From assembly GCA_029856635.1 (NCBI GenBank), contig JAHKLH010000001.1, forward strand, positions 1-37,163: a stretch of 37,163 bases of DNA. The letters are read 5' to 3'. The stretch's first letter is position 1. Every line of letters starts with the position of its first letter. The DNA comes from Candidatus Njordarchaeota archaeon. Lineage in GTDB: Archaea > Asgardarchaeota > Njordarchaeia > Njordarchaeales > JAHKLH01. Shown one piece after another: positions 25,662 through 35,786 of the stretch. Below the pieces are notes generated by a model, which did no database searches, was not told the origin of the DNA, and was given only the letters and a program-made list of their open reading frames with translations. Position numbers and translations under genes: made by a program.

Positions 25662-27671
25662 ATGATGAAACGTGATACTGCATTAACATCCCCAGACATA
25701 CTGGCGGTTCTTAGGGAACTTACTATAATAAAGAACGGTGTGATTGAGAAATTCTGGAGTAATCAAGATAAGAGTGCTTTTTTAATGCGTATAAGAACTA
25801 AGGAAGGACGTTATTTCGTTATAATGGAACCTGGAGTAAGGGTAAATATCACACAAGTTGTTGAGGAGAAGTGGGTTGCAGATGGATTTGCACTTAATAT
25901 TCGAGAGCACATAGCTGGGCAACGTATAGTTAATGTGTATCAGCATAAATTCGACAGAATAATTGTTTTTGAAATTGATCCAAATTATAAATTAATAGTT
26001 GAGCTACTTTCTCGGGGCTTACTAATTTTGATTAGAGATGATAGAATACTTTTCGCAAATAAACATGTTAAAATGCGAGATAGAAGAATTATACCCGGCG
26101 AGATATTTAAGTTCCCACCAAATCCTCCAGAGGATCCTAGGAGAATGACATTAAAGGGATTTAAGGAAAGAATTCTTAATGAGAAAGACGTTGTGAGAGG
26201 ATTAGTCAAATTAGGACTAGGTTCAAAATATGCAGAAGAAATTTGCTTCAGATGCAACATTGACAAGAATAAACCAACTTCTGAGCTAAGTGACGAGGAT
26301 ATAGAGAGACTCTACAATATGATACGAGAAATACTTGATACACTTGAAAAAGGTACAATAAGCCCACGCATATATTATGACAGCGAAGGAAGTTTTATAG
26401 TTTCACCCATTGAGCTGAAGTCCCTTAAGTTGCCTTATAGAGAATTTCCAACATTTAGTGATGCTATTGATGTTTTCTTTTCAGAAATGCGAAAGCGAAA
26501 AATCCTTAAGGAGCTTCAAAGGGAATTTGAGAGAAGGAAAAAAGAATTGCTTAAAAAAATCGAAAAACAAGAGCAGTTTCTAGAAGAATATCAGAAGAAA
26601 GTAGAGAAATACCGGAAGATGGGAATGATGATCTTTGAAAACCTTGAAATTCTTGAGAAAATACTAGACGCTATCAAAAGAGCGAGAAAAAGAAATATGT
26701 CTTGGGAAGAGATAATGAAGAAAATAGAAGAAGCAAAGAAAAAAGGCCACAAAATCGCTAATATAATCAAGAAAGTGAATAAAAATGGAAAAATTCACAT
26801 AGTACTTGATGACCTTACAATTATACTTGATATCCGTCGCAATATCACTGAATTGGCTAATGAATACTTCGAGAAAGCAAAGAAATTCAAGAAAAAAATT
26901 GAGAGAATAAAAGAAGAGGTAATTAAGTCAAGAAGAGAGTTAGATGCTCTTGAAAAAGAGCTTCAGGAAATGATAAAGAAACAAATGACGTTGATTAAGT
27001 ACACTATAAGACGTGCAAGAAAAAAATGGTATGAAAGTTTTCATTGGTTTATTTCAAGCGATGGTTTTCTCGTTGTTGCAGGAAAAGATGCTCAGACAAA
27101 TGAAGTACTTGTAAAAAGGTATATGCATAAGGATGACATTTTTGTACATGTAGACATACCAGGAGGCGCCGTGGTTATTATCAAAAACCCAGAAGGAAAA
27201 GAAATCCCGAGAAGAACAATACTTGAGGCATCAAAGTTTGCAGCAATTTATTCTCGCGCATGGAAAGAAGAACTACCATCAGTTGAAGTATTTTGGACAA
27301 CTCCAGACTGCGTTTCTAAATCACCACCACCAGGACATTATTTGCCAGTAGGCAGTTTCATTATCGAGAAGAAAAAAGAGATACTAACTATAGATAAATT
27401 AGAACTCGCAATAGGAATCCAGATAACATACAAGAACAGCATCGTTGAATATAGGTTAATTATGGGTCCACCAGAGGTCATTAAGAAACAAACTCATCTC
27501 TACGTAATAATTAAGCCTGGAAATCTCGAAAGAAGCAGTATAGCTAAGTTAATATTAAAAGAGCTTGAGAAGAAATGTCGAAATGATGTAGAAAAGCAAG
27601 TAGTGAAAACAATAAAGCCAGAACATATATTAGAGCATATTCCTCGGGGAAATTCCGAGATTCTAAAATGA
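25662..27671 (+). CDS. NFACT-family protein (Rqc2/NEMF/RqcH homolog; FbpA N-domain plus DUF814)
   Basis: It has an NFACT-N-like N-terminus, a long K/E coiled coil, and an NFACT-R/DUF814 block WFISSDGFLVVAGKDAQTNEVLVKRYMHKDDIFVHVDIPGGAVVII. I preferred ATG 25662, which follows GGGAGAG, over TTG 25590. Confidence 0.8.
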   Translation: MMKRDTALTSPDILAVLRELTIIKNGVIEKFWSNQDKSAFLMRIRTKEGRYFVIMEPGVRVNITQVVEEKWVADGFALNIREHIAGQRIVNVYQHKFDRIIVFEIDPNYKLIVELLSRGLLILIRDDRILFANKHVKMRDRRIIPGEIFKFPPNPPEDPRRMTLKGFKERILNEKDVVRGLVKLGLGSKYAEEICFRCNIDKNKPTSELSDEDIERLYNMIREILDTLEKGTISPRIYYDSEGSFIVSPIELKSLKLPYREFPTFSDAIDVFFSEMRKRKILKELQREFERRKKELLKKIEKQEQFLEEYQKKVEKYRKMGMMIFENLEILEKILDAIKRARKRNMSWEEIMKKIEEAKKKGHKIANIIKKVNKNGKIHIVLDDLTIILDIRRNITELANEYFEKAKKFKKKIERIKEEVIKSRRELDALEKELQEMIKKQMTLIKYTIRRARKKWYESFHWFISSDGFLVVAGKDAQTNEVLVKRYMHKDDIFVHVDIPGGAVVIIKNPEGKEIPRRTILEASKFAAIYSRAWKEELPSVEVFWTTPDCVSKSPPPGHYLPVGSFIIEKKKEILTIDKLELAIGIQITYKNSIVEYRLIMGPPEVIKKQTHLYVIIKPGNLERSSIAKLILKELEKKCRNDVEKQVVKTIKPEHILEHIPRGNSEILK

Positions 27672-27683
27672 ATGATGTCCTAA

Positions 27684-27935
27684 TTACTCTGGATAAGAAG
27701 ATAGGATAATACTAGTTTTTGTGCTCATACACCATGGTTCTTCTCTTATTTTCTTGACAAGATCAAAAAGCTCTCTCGTATCTTTCGTCTCAACAAACAA
27801 GATGATGTCAATATCTCCCGTGACTCCCCATGCTTGTTTAACTGCGGGATACTTCTTAAGCGAATTAAAAACTTCCTCAAAGGGGATTGAAATCGCACGA
27901 ATCATTACGAGTGCACGAACTGGTGATGGTGCCAT
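27684..27935 (-). CDS. stand-alone Lrp/AsnC ligand-binding (RAM) domain protein
   Basis: RALVMIRA..., the VKQAWGVTGDIDIILFVETKDTRELFDLV pattern matches the AsnC_trans_reg domain. There is no HTH. I chose the start at MAPSPV. Confidence 0.65.
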   Translation of the reverse strand: MAPSPVRALVMIRAISIPFEEVFNSLKKYPAVKQAWGVTGDIDIILFVETKDTRELFDLVKKIREEPWCMSTKTSIILSSYPE

Positions 27936-28025
27936 TGTAGACGCCAAAAATAAAAACAATTTAAAAAAGAGAAAATAATCATTAGCTAATCAGATAGTGG
28001 AAATAATTTAGCGGGATAATAAATA

Positions 28026-29147
28026 ATGACTGTAAAATATGTTCCAAAGCGTACTAAGAAAATTCTTCATTATATCGACAGAACTCCAGAAGTCTTCCGC
28101 TTTTGCCCTCATAGACTCGTTGCAAATCTCTACATTGGATGCGAATTCATGTGTAAATACTGCTTCGCTCAGGCGATTAAGCAGAATTACTTCTATGAAA
28201 TTCAAGTAAGAATAAATGCAGCGGAAAGAATTGAGAAAGAACTTCAAAGAATTAGAAGAATACAACCAATTAACCTTGGTTCTGCAACAGATCCTTATCA
28301 ACCCGCAGAGAAAAAGTTTGAAATAACAAGAAAAGTTTTGGAGCTATTTGATAAGAAAAATATTCCGTGCTTTATCGTTACAAAATCGCCGTTGATTCTT
28401 CGAGATTTGGATTTAATAAAAAGCCTCTCTAGAAAACATTTGATTACAGTTCAAGTCACCCTCCCATCAATGGAATCCAATTTTCACACATTCTTTGAAC
28501 CAAACAGTCCTCCTCCAGAAAAGAGGTTAGAAATTATCCGGGAATTATCTGACGAAGGAATACCCATCGTTGTACGTATTCAACCAATAATCCCATTCGT
28601 AAATGATCGATTGGAAAAATTAGAGGAATTAGTAGATACAATCGCTAATGCTGGTGCGCGCCACATTGTTGCTGGATTCTTGAGAATTTCACTAGCAGTA
28701 TGGGATAGTATCCTTCCAATTCTGGAAAAATTGGAAATTATTGACAAAATCAAAGAATTATATTTCATTTCTGGTAGAGTAGATAGTGCCGGCTATTTTA
28801 TAGCAAATAACGTTTACCGATATTCTGTTTTGAAGCATCTTTTTTCTCTTTCAAAAAAGTATAAGCTGACTTTTGGAACATGTAAAGAAGGATTCTTTGA
28901 ATTTCATACCAGTCGATGCAGCGGAGTAATATGCAAAGGTTTCTATGTTGTGACCGTTGAAACATTTTGGAGACTTCTCCGTGTTAAGGGGAAACTCACT
29001 CTTGAGGATGCATTACGTGTTATTAAACAATATGGCTTATCGAAAAAATTTGTTAGTACTTTCGTAGATTTGTGGAAAAAAGAAATCTACTTTGAAAATA
29101 TTCCAAATGTAATGAAGAAAGATGATTATTACATTTATGTGAATTAA
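28026..29147 (+). CDS. radical SAM protein, SplB/COG1533-like
   Basis: The CxxxCxxC cluster is CEFMCKYC. It is followed by NLGSATDPYQPAEKKF, as in the DNA repair photolyase-like radical SAM family. Confidence 0.6.
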   Translation: MTVKYVPKRTKKILHYIDRTPEVFRFCPHRLVANLYIGCEFMCKYCFAQAIKQNYFYEIQVRINAAERIEKELQRIRRIQPINLGSATDPYQPAEKKFEITRKVLELFDKKNIPCFIVTKSPLILRDLDLIKSLSRKHLITVQVTLPSMESNFHTFFEPNSPPPEKRLEIIRELSDEGIPIVVRIQPIIPFVNDRLEKLEELVDTIANAGARHIVAGFLRISLAVWDSILPILEKLEIIDKIKELYFISGRVDSAGYFIANNVYRYSVLKHLFSLSKKYKLTFGTCKEGFFEFHTSRCSGVICKGFYVVTVETFWRLLRVKGKLTLEDALRVIKQYGLSKKFVSTFVDLWKKEIYFENIPNVMKKDDYYIYVN

Positions 29148-29148
29148 A

Positions 29149-30120
29149 CTAAGATATTATTTCTTCCAAATCCTTTGTAATGAGATCAGGCTTCTTATTT
29201 TTAACCTCCTTGATTATTTCCTTTGCAACCTGAATTGCCGTGGATACTGCCATGCTAAATCCGTATTCCGAGAGAATATGTGCTACTTGTAGTGCTTTTT
29301 CTAAGGTCATTTCAGCTGTATCCTTGGTTGGCAGACCTGCTTCCATGGCAATATTCAAAGCTTGCATATATGCTTCTTGTAGGATTAATTCAACAGTTTC
29401 GTGTGTAGGAAACGCAGCATTAACCGCCAAATTAAAGGCTCCTTGAAGTGCTTGTAAAATTTCCTCTTTCCATTTATCAATAGGCTTTACTAGGATTTCC
29501 CTTGGTATTATAACGCCTTCGTCAAAAGCAAATTTTACTTTTGGCCATGCTTCGAATGGATTAATATTGAAAATTTGCATTACTTTTACATCTCTTGCTG
29601 AAAGTCTTTGTCCTTTCTTACCAAGTAGAAAATCTTCCCAAACGACTATTTCGCCATCTATAACTCTAATGTTCATTCCCGCCGCACGCAAATCACTTAT
29701 CTCGCTTACGCCCCTGATTCCAGTAGGTCCTTTGCGAATAATTATATCTTGGGGCAATATTAATCCTGGTCTAAGAGGTAGCTTGATTCGTTTGCTTTCC
29801 AAGTATTGGGTAATTTCGAAGAGATTTCCATTTGTGAAGATCCATGCTATTTGACCTTCTATTTTATCTAGTAATGCTTTTAAATCGTTTCTATTTAGCA
29901 TTTCTATTGCTTTCTTCGCTAATGTATTCTTAATTACTTTAACAACACTATTCCGCTTTCGCATTTCGCGTCGAATTTCTTGCATTAAGTTAGCTGGAAT
30001 ATTTTCAAAGGAAAATACGAGATATTTTTTGTACTTTTGAAGAAGCTCCTGAAACTCCTTTATCAATTTTACCTTACGTTCTGGATATGGTCTAGTTCGT
30101 ACGTATTTTAGTTCCATCAT
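29149..30120 (-). CDS. rplP0: 50S ribosomal stalk protein P0 (L10)
   Basis: The N-terminal YPERKVKLIKEFQELLQKYKKYLVFSFENIPANLMQEIRREMR...VIKNTLAKKA and its position directly downstream of rpl1 fit P0. It ends ...DLEEIIS without the acidic GLSALFG-type tail. Confidence 0.85.
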   Translation of the reverse strand: MMELKYVRTRPYPERKVKLIKEFQELLQKYKKYLVFSFENIPANLMQEIRREMRKRNSVVKVIKNTLAKKAIEMLNRNDLKALLDKIEGQIAWIFTNGNLFEITQYLESKRIKLPLRPGLILPQDIIIRKGPTGIRGVSEISDLRAAGMNIRVIDGEIVVWEDFLLGKKGQRLSARDVKVMQIFNINPFEAWPKVKFAFDEGVIIPREILVKPIDKWKEEILQALQGAFNLAVNAAFPTHETVELILQEAYMQALNIAMEAGLPTKDTAEMTLEKALQVAHILSEYGFSMAVSTAIQVAKEIIKEVKNKKPDLITKDLEEIIS

Positions 30121-30135
30121 AACTTATCCCCTTTG

Positions 30136-30843
30136 CTATTTTCTTTTCACAAATAAACTAAACTTTACAGGCGGTCCCATCGTTGTTTTTACATATGCAT
30201 AACGTCTTAAATTTCGCCATTTATCTGGTAATCTTGGAACCACCGCTAAAATTAATGCTACACCATTTTCGGTTAACTCTTCATCTGACATTAATCGGTG
30301 ACCAATTTTTGCTTGAATTGCTAGGTTTTTATGAAGCCTCACAGCTACTGTACGCTTTGCTTCTGCAATAGCATCAGCAGCTCGCCTACTTGGTGGAACT
30401 GGCATCGGTAATTTGTTTCTTGGTGATAAATATCGTCCAAAGTATCTAGCCACCAAGCTCATTAGCGTTGTTGTTGCTAACAATATCCTGTGCCTTTTCG
30501 CGATTTTGCGAATTTCTCTTTTTGAAGTTCTAAGGGTTTCTATTCCTACGCGATCAATTACAGTAATAATGTCTTCTGATTTACTTGCAATTTCGCGAGC
30601 TTCGCTAGCATGTACTTCGTCTGCAAAAAAGGCAATTTTATCTCGATATGCAATGGGATGAGGCAGTTTTACAAAGATACGAAAACGATTTTCTGGGCGT
30701 CTTAAGTCGATGTCCCTTACTGGAAGAATTAATTCAATTGATTCCACAAAATTTCTCTTCGGCGAGATCTCTTTTACTTTCCTAATTGCTTCAAGAAGGT
30801 TTTCCTTCAGTATTCGCTCCATCGCAGCTGTTGTTGCCATCAA
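30136..30843 (-). CDS. rpl1: 50S ribosomal protein L1
   Basis: The blocks AIRKVKEISPKRNFVESIELIL, LPHP, GRYLSPRNKLP and YVKTTMGPPVK fit L1. GGTGA lies 6 nt upstream of the ATG. Confidence 0.9.
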   Translation of the reverse strand: MMATTAAMERILKENLLEAIRKVKEISPKRNFVESIELILPVRDIDLRRPENRFRIFVKLPHPIAYRDKIAFFADEVHASEAREIASKSEDIITVIDRVGIETLRTSKREIRKIAKRHRILLATTTLMSLVARYFGRYLSPRNKLPMPVPPSRRAADAIAEAKRTVAVRLHKNLAIQAKIGHRLMSDEELTENGVALILAVVPRLPDKWRNLRRYAYVKTTMGPPVKFSLFVKRK

Positions 30844-30997
30844 GTCTCACCAGATCCCCCACGATACTGTATCAAGATATTAACCATCATAGCTTATTAA
30901 AAAATGAATATGTGTCGTAAAAAGTTAAGATTATGTAAAAATTTCACATGAGCACTATTGAGGGTTTCCCTAAAATTGTTTGAAACTTCTGTGTTTA

Positions 30998-31939
30998 TTA
31001 TTCTCTAAAAATTTGCGTCCCTGCTTTTCCGTCGAGAACATCTATTGCTTGCTCAAGATGTCCTATGGCTGCGCGCTTTCCGCCAGCCTCTAGAAACCTA
31101 ATGACAGCAAGAACCTTAGGACCCATGCTTCCGGGGGGAAAGTGTCCTTCTTTATAATATCGCTTTAATTCAGACACAGTTACTTTCTTTAGTGGCTTTG
31201 CATTCGGCTTTCCAAAGTTTAAATAAACATAGTCTACGTCAGTTAGTATCATTAAAACATCCGCTTTAATTATCCTCGCAAGAAGACTTGAAGCTAGATC
31301 TTTATCAATTACGGCTTCAACGCCCCGGTACTTTCCATTTTCAATTATGACTGGAATTCCTCCTCCTCCAACTGTTATACAAATTATTCCTTGATTAAGC
31401 ATTTTTATAATGGTGTCTTTCTCTACGATATCTATGGGATTTGGTGACGGAACTACTCTTCTCCATCCACCACGGGGATCTCTTTTCATAGTCCAACCTT
31501 TCTCTTTCATTAATCTTTTTGCCTCTTCTTCACTGTAATACGGCCCAATAAATTTTGTCGGATTATGAAAAGCAGTATCGTCTTTTTTGACTACTACTTG
31601 CGTTATTATTGTGGCAACATTCTTGCGTATGTTTCTTTTTCTTAATTCGTTAATCAATGATTGCTGAAGCATATAACCAATTAATGCTTGTGTTTCTGCG
31701 TTAATTACATCCAGAGGCATTGGGGGAACTGTTTCTTTTGCTATCTCATTTTGAAGCGCTAAAGCACCAGCTTGTGGACCGTTACCATGAGTTATCACAA
31801 GTTCATGTCCTCTTTCGATTATATCTGCAAGAAACTTAGCTGTTCGCCTTGCATTTTCAAATTGCTCCTCGTATGTTCCTCTTTGTCCTTTACGAAGAAG
31901 AGCATTTCCACCAAGAGCAACGACAATTCTCATCTTCAT
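30998..31939 (-). CDS. arcC: carbamate kinase
   Basis: The blocks MRIVVALGGNALL, ITHGNGPQAG, GGGGIPV and FPPGSMGPKV fit carbamate kinase. The start is at MKMRIV (31939) or MRIV (31933). Confidence 0.88.
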   Translation of the reverse strand: MKMRIVVALGGNALLRKGQRGTYEEQFENARRTAKFLADIIERGHELVITHGNGPQAGALALQNEIAKETVPPMPLDVINAETQALIGYMLQQSLINELRKRNIRKNVATIITQVVVKKDDTAFHNPTKFIGPYYSEEEAKRLMKEKGWTMKRDPRGGWRRVVPSPNPIDIVEKDTIIKMLNQGIICITVGGGGIPVIIENGKYRGVEAVIDKDLASSLLARIIKADVLMILTDVDYVYLNFGKPNAKPLKKVTVSELKRYYKEGHFPPGSMGPKVLAVIRFLEAGGKRAAIGHLEQAIDVLDGKAGTQIFRE

Positions 31940-32104
31940 CACTGTATACATTAATACAAGCAGTAATAATTGCATTAAAGACTTATTGATTATTGCTACT
32001 TTCGCACTTATAGATATGTTTTCTCGTCATTATGAGTTTATATATCATATTCTCATCTCAATGGAAAATACATTACTTCTTTGTCAACTTGAATCTTCTC
32101 TATT

Positions 32105-32557
32105 ATGGGGAGCTTAATGCGCTGGATATTTGCTGCTTTTGTACAGTTTTTTCTATTGATTGCATTAATTCAACTCATTCAACCATTAGTTTTCTTACCT
32201 GTACTTGAGGGACTTGGTATTCAATGGCGGTTTTCTGCTACTCTATTCTCAACGATTTTTCTGATGTTGGGCTTCTACTTGTTTCTTTCCTTTGGTTTCA
32301 TTATAGAAATTATCTGTATAGGAATTCTCTTAATCACGGTATCGTTTATCATCTCACGAATATTTGCATTAACTCCAAAAAATGCTTTCAAGACACAATT
32401 ATTATTCTTCCTTTTATGCCTAATTTTACTTCTCATTACAATTACCACTTTTTCATTAATTACCTTTTTTTATGTAGTTCCTCAAGCGCATTTTGAACTC
32501 TCTTTTTTGCTTGCAATAGTTGGTGGGTTACTTGGTTCGACGAAAAAAGCTGAGTAA
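32105..32557 (+). CDS. small integral membrane protein (about 4 TM), unknown function
   Basis: 150 aa, almost entirely hydrophobic helices, with no recognisable motif. Confidence 0.45.
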   Translation: MGSLMRWIFAAFVQFFLLIALIQLIQPLVFLPVLEGLGIQWRFSATLFSTIFLMLGFYLFLSFGFIIEIICIGILLITVSFIISRIFALTPKNAFKTQLLFFLLCLILLLITITTFSLITFFYVVPQAHFELSFLLAIVGGLLGSTKKAE

Positions 32558-32876
32558 AAAAGCACTTTTGGAACTGCGTTCAAAAATTGCTTTAGAACAC
32601 ATTATTACGTATTTCAAACTTGCGTTGGAATTCAGTCGTAAAGGCGATGTCAAAAAAGCCGATTATTGTATTCGTAAAATAAGATGGATCTCGAAAAATT
32701 TTGGAGTTAAAATTCCAAGACTAATCAAGTATTTTATCTGCCGAAAATGCAAAAAATTCATATTACCATCAAAACTACGTGTGCGAGTAAGAGATAACCG
32801 CGAACCACATTTATCCATAAGATGTCCTCGATGCGGTGCTATAAGGAGGATTTATTTTAAGAGGAAAAGAAAGTAG
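32520..32876 (+). CDS. rnp4: RNase P protein component 4 (Rpp21/Rpr2)
   Basis: An N-terminal helical pair is followed by the zinc ribbon CRKCKKFILPSKLRVRVRDNREPHLSIRCPRCGAIRR, typical of Rpr2/Rpp21. The TTG/GTG start overlaps the preceding ORF. Confidence 0.75.
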   Translation: MVGYLVRRKKLSKKALLELRSKIALEHIITYFKLALEFSRKGDVKKADYCIRKIRWISKNFGVKIPRLIKYFICRKCKKFILPSKLRVRVRDNREPHLSIRCPRCGAIRRIYFKRKRK

Positions 32877-32950
32877 AATTTTGTTTGAGAGGTAAAAGGG
32901 ACATAGTTCTTTCCTTATATTTTAAAAACTGAAAAATACTGTGTGGAAAA

Positions 32951-34339
32951 ATGCACATCTCAAGAGAAATTTTTCGTGCTTATGATATACGAGGAGTTAT
33001 TGGTCGCGATTTATTTCCAGATATTATTACACGAGCCTCTGCAATTTTTGCAAACATTATTCTGGAGACTGGTGGTAAAAACGTTACTCTCGCTGGTGAT
33101 GGAAGAACCTCAACTGATATGCTTATGTCTGCTGCAGCTTCAGGAATCGTCTCTGGTGGTTGCAATGTCTACATTACTGGTAAAATTCCAATTAGTGTCG
33201 CAAACTTCGTAACTTGGCGTAGAAAAGATGTGCACGGTGGTGCTTATATAACTGCAAGTCACAATCCTCCAGAATATAACGGAATTCGTTTTAGGCATGG
33301 TGATGGAACGGGTTTTGCGGAAGAAAATCAAGAAATAAAGAGAAGATTTTTTGAAGATGAAATAAAGTTCGCGAATTGGGATGAGCTTGGTTCAATTTAC
33401 ACCTTAAATTCAGAGTTAATAATAGATGAGTACCTCGACTTTGTTTCATCCCTCGGTTTTAAAGCTGAAAGAAAAATCAAGATACTTCTAGATACACGTA
33501 ATGGAATCGCGGGTGTTATTGTTCCAAAGCTTTTTATTAACCTGGGATTTGATGTAGTTCCGATTAATGTTAACGTTGATGGTAGATTTCCAGCGGGAGA
33601 TCCAGATCCAGTTCATACTGATTTATCTAAAACCATCGAGATTGTTAAAACAACACATGTAAGCATGGCTATTGCTTATGATGGAGATGGAGACCGTGCA
33701 GTTATGATTGATAAAAAGGGAAGAAAGTTCCCTGCAGAGGCGGTGGCAATCGTGCTTGCAAGAGAAATACTGAAGCCCGGTGATACGATTGTTTATAATG
33801 TAGCATGCTCCTCAATGCTCAGGGAAGTTCTTGAGGAAGAGGGATTCAAATGCGTTGAGTGCCGTGTAGGTGATGTTTTTGTTGCAAAAAAGTTAAAGGC
33901 AACTAATGCGAAATTTGGAGTTGAAGGAAGTTATCATTTCTTCCCTTCCTGGATTGGCTTCTATTATGATGATGCTATATTGGTCTCAGCAATATTCGCT
34001 TCGTTGATATCCAGAATTAATAAATCCCTCGATAAATTGTATAACGAGCTCAAACCATGGCCCATGATCAAGGAAAATATTTCTGCCCCTGATGAAATAA
34101 AATGGGTTGTGGTTGACTATATTAAGGAAAAATTGCTAAAAATGTATGATAACGTAAGTACAATTGATGGTATTAAAATATATTTTGATGGAGCTAGCGT
34201 TCTAATACGCCCAAGCAATACTGAACCTAAAATTAGAGTATTTACTGAAGCAAAGAATCCAGATACAGCAATGAAGTTACATAAAACATTCAAAAAGATT
34301 GTCCTTGATACAATAAGCGAAGTAAAGCAATATCGCTAA
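32951..34339 (+). CDS. phosphomannomutase/phosphoglucomutase (alpha-D-phosphohexomutase family)
   Basis: The active-site loop is ITASHNPPEYNGIRF and the metal loop is AYDGDGDRAV. The C-terminal block is IRPSNTEPKIRV. Confidence 0.88.
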   Translation: MHISREIFRAYDIRGVIGRDLFPDIITRASAIFANIILETGGKNVTLAGDGRTSTDMLMSAAASGIVSGGCNVYITGKIPISVANFVTWRRKDVHGGAYITASHNPPEYNGIRFRHGDGTGFAEENQEIKRRFFEDEIKFANWDELGSIYTLNSELIIDEYLDFVSSLGFKAERKIKILLDTRNGIAGVIVPKLFINLGFDVVPINVNVDGRFPAGDPDPVHTDLSKTIEIVKTTHVSMAIAYDGDGDRAVMIDKKGRKFPAEAVAIVLAREILKPGDTIVYNVACSSMLREVLEEEGFKCVECRVGDVFVAKKLKATNAKFGVEGSYHFFPSWIGFYYDDAILVSAIFASLISRINKSLDKLYNELKPWPMIKENISAPDEIKWVVVDYIKEKLLKMYDNVSTIDGIKIYFDGASVLIRPSNTEPKIRVFTEAKNPDTAMKLHKTFKKIVLDTISEVKQYR

Positions 34340-34372
34340 TTTTATTAAGTTATTGAGTTAAGGTGGACATTC

Positions 34373-35764
34373 ATGAAAAAGCTAATGATGCTGACGTTAA
34401 TCATCATTATGATTTGCTTCTTATTCAATTCTACATGCACGACCAAAGATACTTCATTCGTTTTTACTAATACACCACATATCAGTAGACTACATGCTCA
34501 CATAATGCCTGCAACTAATGATGAAAATCTCACACTTGCTCCCGTTTACATGGTGAATATTACACTAGCTAATGGTTCTGTAATTGGTTTTCAAAACGTA
34601 GATAATGCAACAACTTGGATAATAAATGCTATAAGGACTCGATTAATTTCAATAGGGGATATTTCACGAATTGATTTTATACTTGTGCGAAATTGGGGTA
34701 AAATAAGACATTTCATAAATGTAAGCGCAAATGAAACTATTAATGCTACCTATTATCCAGGATATAGACTATTCTTCGTCCGGCTCTTTAACGCGAGTCA
34801 GTTTAATTATACTGGAGAAATTGGAGCGGTTATGTATAATGACTGGTTCAGTCAAGAAATTGGTTATTCATTATATAAATTCATCTATGGACCTCTTCCA
34901 GAAATAAATGCAACTACTATTTTCAATAATACAATCACATCTTACAATCTTATTTCTGGGCTCTCAGTAATAGTGCTCATCAATTCATCGTTTGAAAATA
35001 CTTCTGTCACCATATTACGGGAGATTAGCAAAATATCAGATGATGTCCAGAGAGTAATTATAATAGATTTGTCAAATAATCAAACACAACTTCTTCGAAT
35101 TTTGAACATTACCAATATAACGACTGACTTCTTACCCATATTGGATTGTAATATTACAATTAGGGATGATTTTTGCAATGTAACCTATAATACCTCTCTA
35201 GAAGCTTTTGGATTTGCTCCACGAGTACCTGCTTTACTTACGATATTAGACGGCATGGTTATATGGAAATCTTGTGGTATCGCGTCTCTAAATGAATTTG
35301 AAACTACATTATCAACATTACATGAATTTGGAATATTAGGAATTGCAAAGTACGACTTACTAAATGTTACTGCAATCAATTTATTAGTTAATGAAACCGC
35401 TACGATTTATATTTCCATTAGTGATGGACTTGGAAATATTTCTGTGTCGGCCACTTATGAATTTTTAACTGAAAAGAATGAAACAATAGGTGAAATTAAG
35501 AACATCTCTGCTAAGCTTATTCATCCAAAAGTTTTTGCTGTATATGGTATTTTTGTTCCAAATGGCTCGAGATATCTTCGAATTTTTGTGAAAGTTGACA
35601 CTGAGTTCACGGGAACTATGCTTTACGGACCATTTATATTTAAAGTGAAAGTTAAAGAAAAACCATCAGAGGAATTAGGCCCTAAAATAGAGCAGATCGC
35701 AGGAGCAATCGCGGGAATAATAATCTTAATAGTTCTAATCTACGTTTATAAGAAATTACGCTAA
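34373..35764 (+). CDS. secreted, C-terminally membrane-anchored surface protein with very high N-glycosylation sequon density
   Basis: It has an N-terminal signal-like segment (LMMLTLIIIMICFLF) and a C-terminal TM plus basic stop-transfer (IAGAIAGIIILIVLIYVYKKLR). I counted about 26 N-x-S/T sequons in 463 aa. Confidence 0.6.
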   Translation: MKKLMMLTLIIIMICFLFNSTCTTKDTSFVFTNTPHISRLHAHIMPATNDENLTLAPVYMVNITLANGSVIGFQNVDNATTWIINAIRTRLISIGDISRIDFILVRNWGKIRHFINVSANETINATYYPGYRLFFVRLFNASQFNYTGEIGAVMYNDWFSQEIGYSLYKFIYGPLPEINATTIFNNTITSYNLISGLSVIVLINSSFENTSVTILREISKISDDVQRVIIIDLSNNQTQLLRILNITNITTDFLPILDCNITIRDDFCNVTYNTSLEAFGFAPRVPALLTILDGMVIWKSCGIASLNEFETTLSTLHEFGILGIAKYDLLNVTAINLLVNETATIYISISDGLGNISVSATYEFLTEKNETIGEIKNISAKLIHPKVFAVYGIFVPNGSRYLRIFVKVDTEFTGTMLYGPFIFKVKVKEKPSEELGPKIEQIAGAIAGIIILIVLIYVYKKLR

Positions 35765-35786
35765 GACATCACTAAGCTTAATATAT

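Noticed and set aside
30844-30997. Possible L1 autoregulatory mRNA site upstream of rpl1
   Set aside because: I looked for a 23S L1-stalk mimic and could only identify a GGTGA ribosome-binding site. The evidence is insufficient without a structure or covariation model.
32224-33212. ORFs 32224-32496(+), 32943-33212(+) and 32980-33331(-)
   Set aside because: They are alternative-frame or antisense ORFs within the membrane-protein and PMM/PGM genes.
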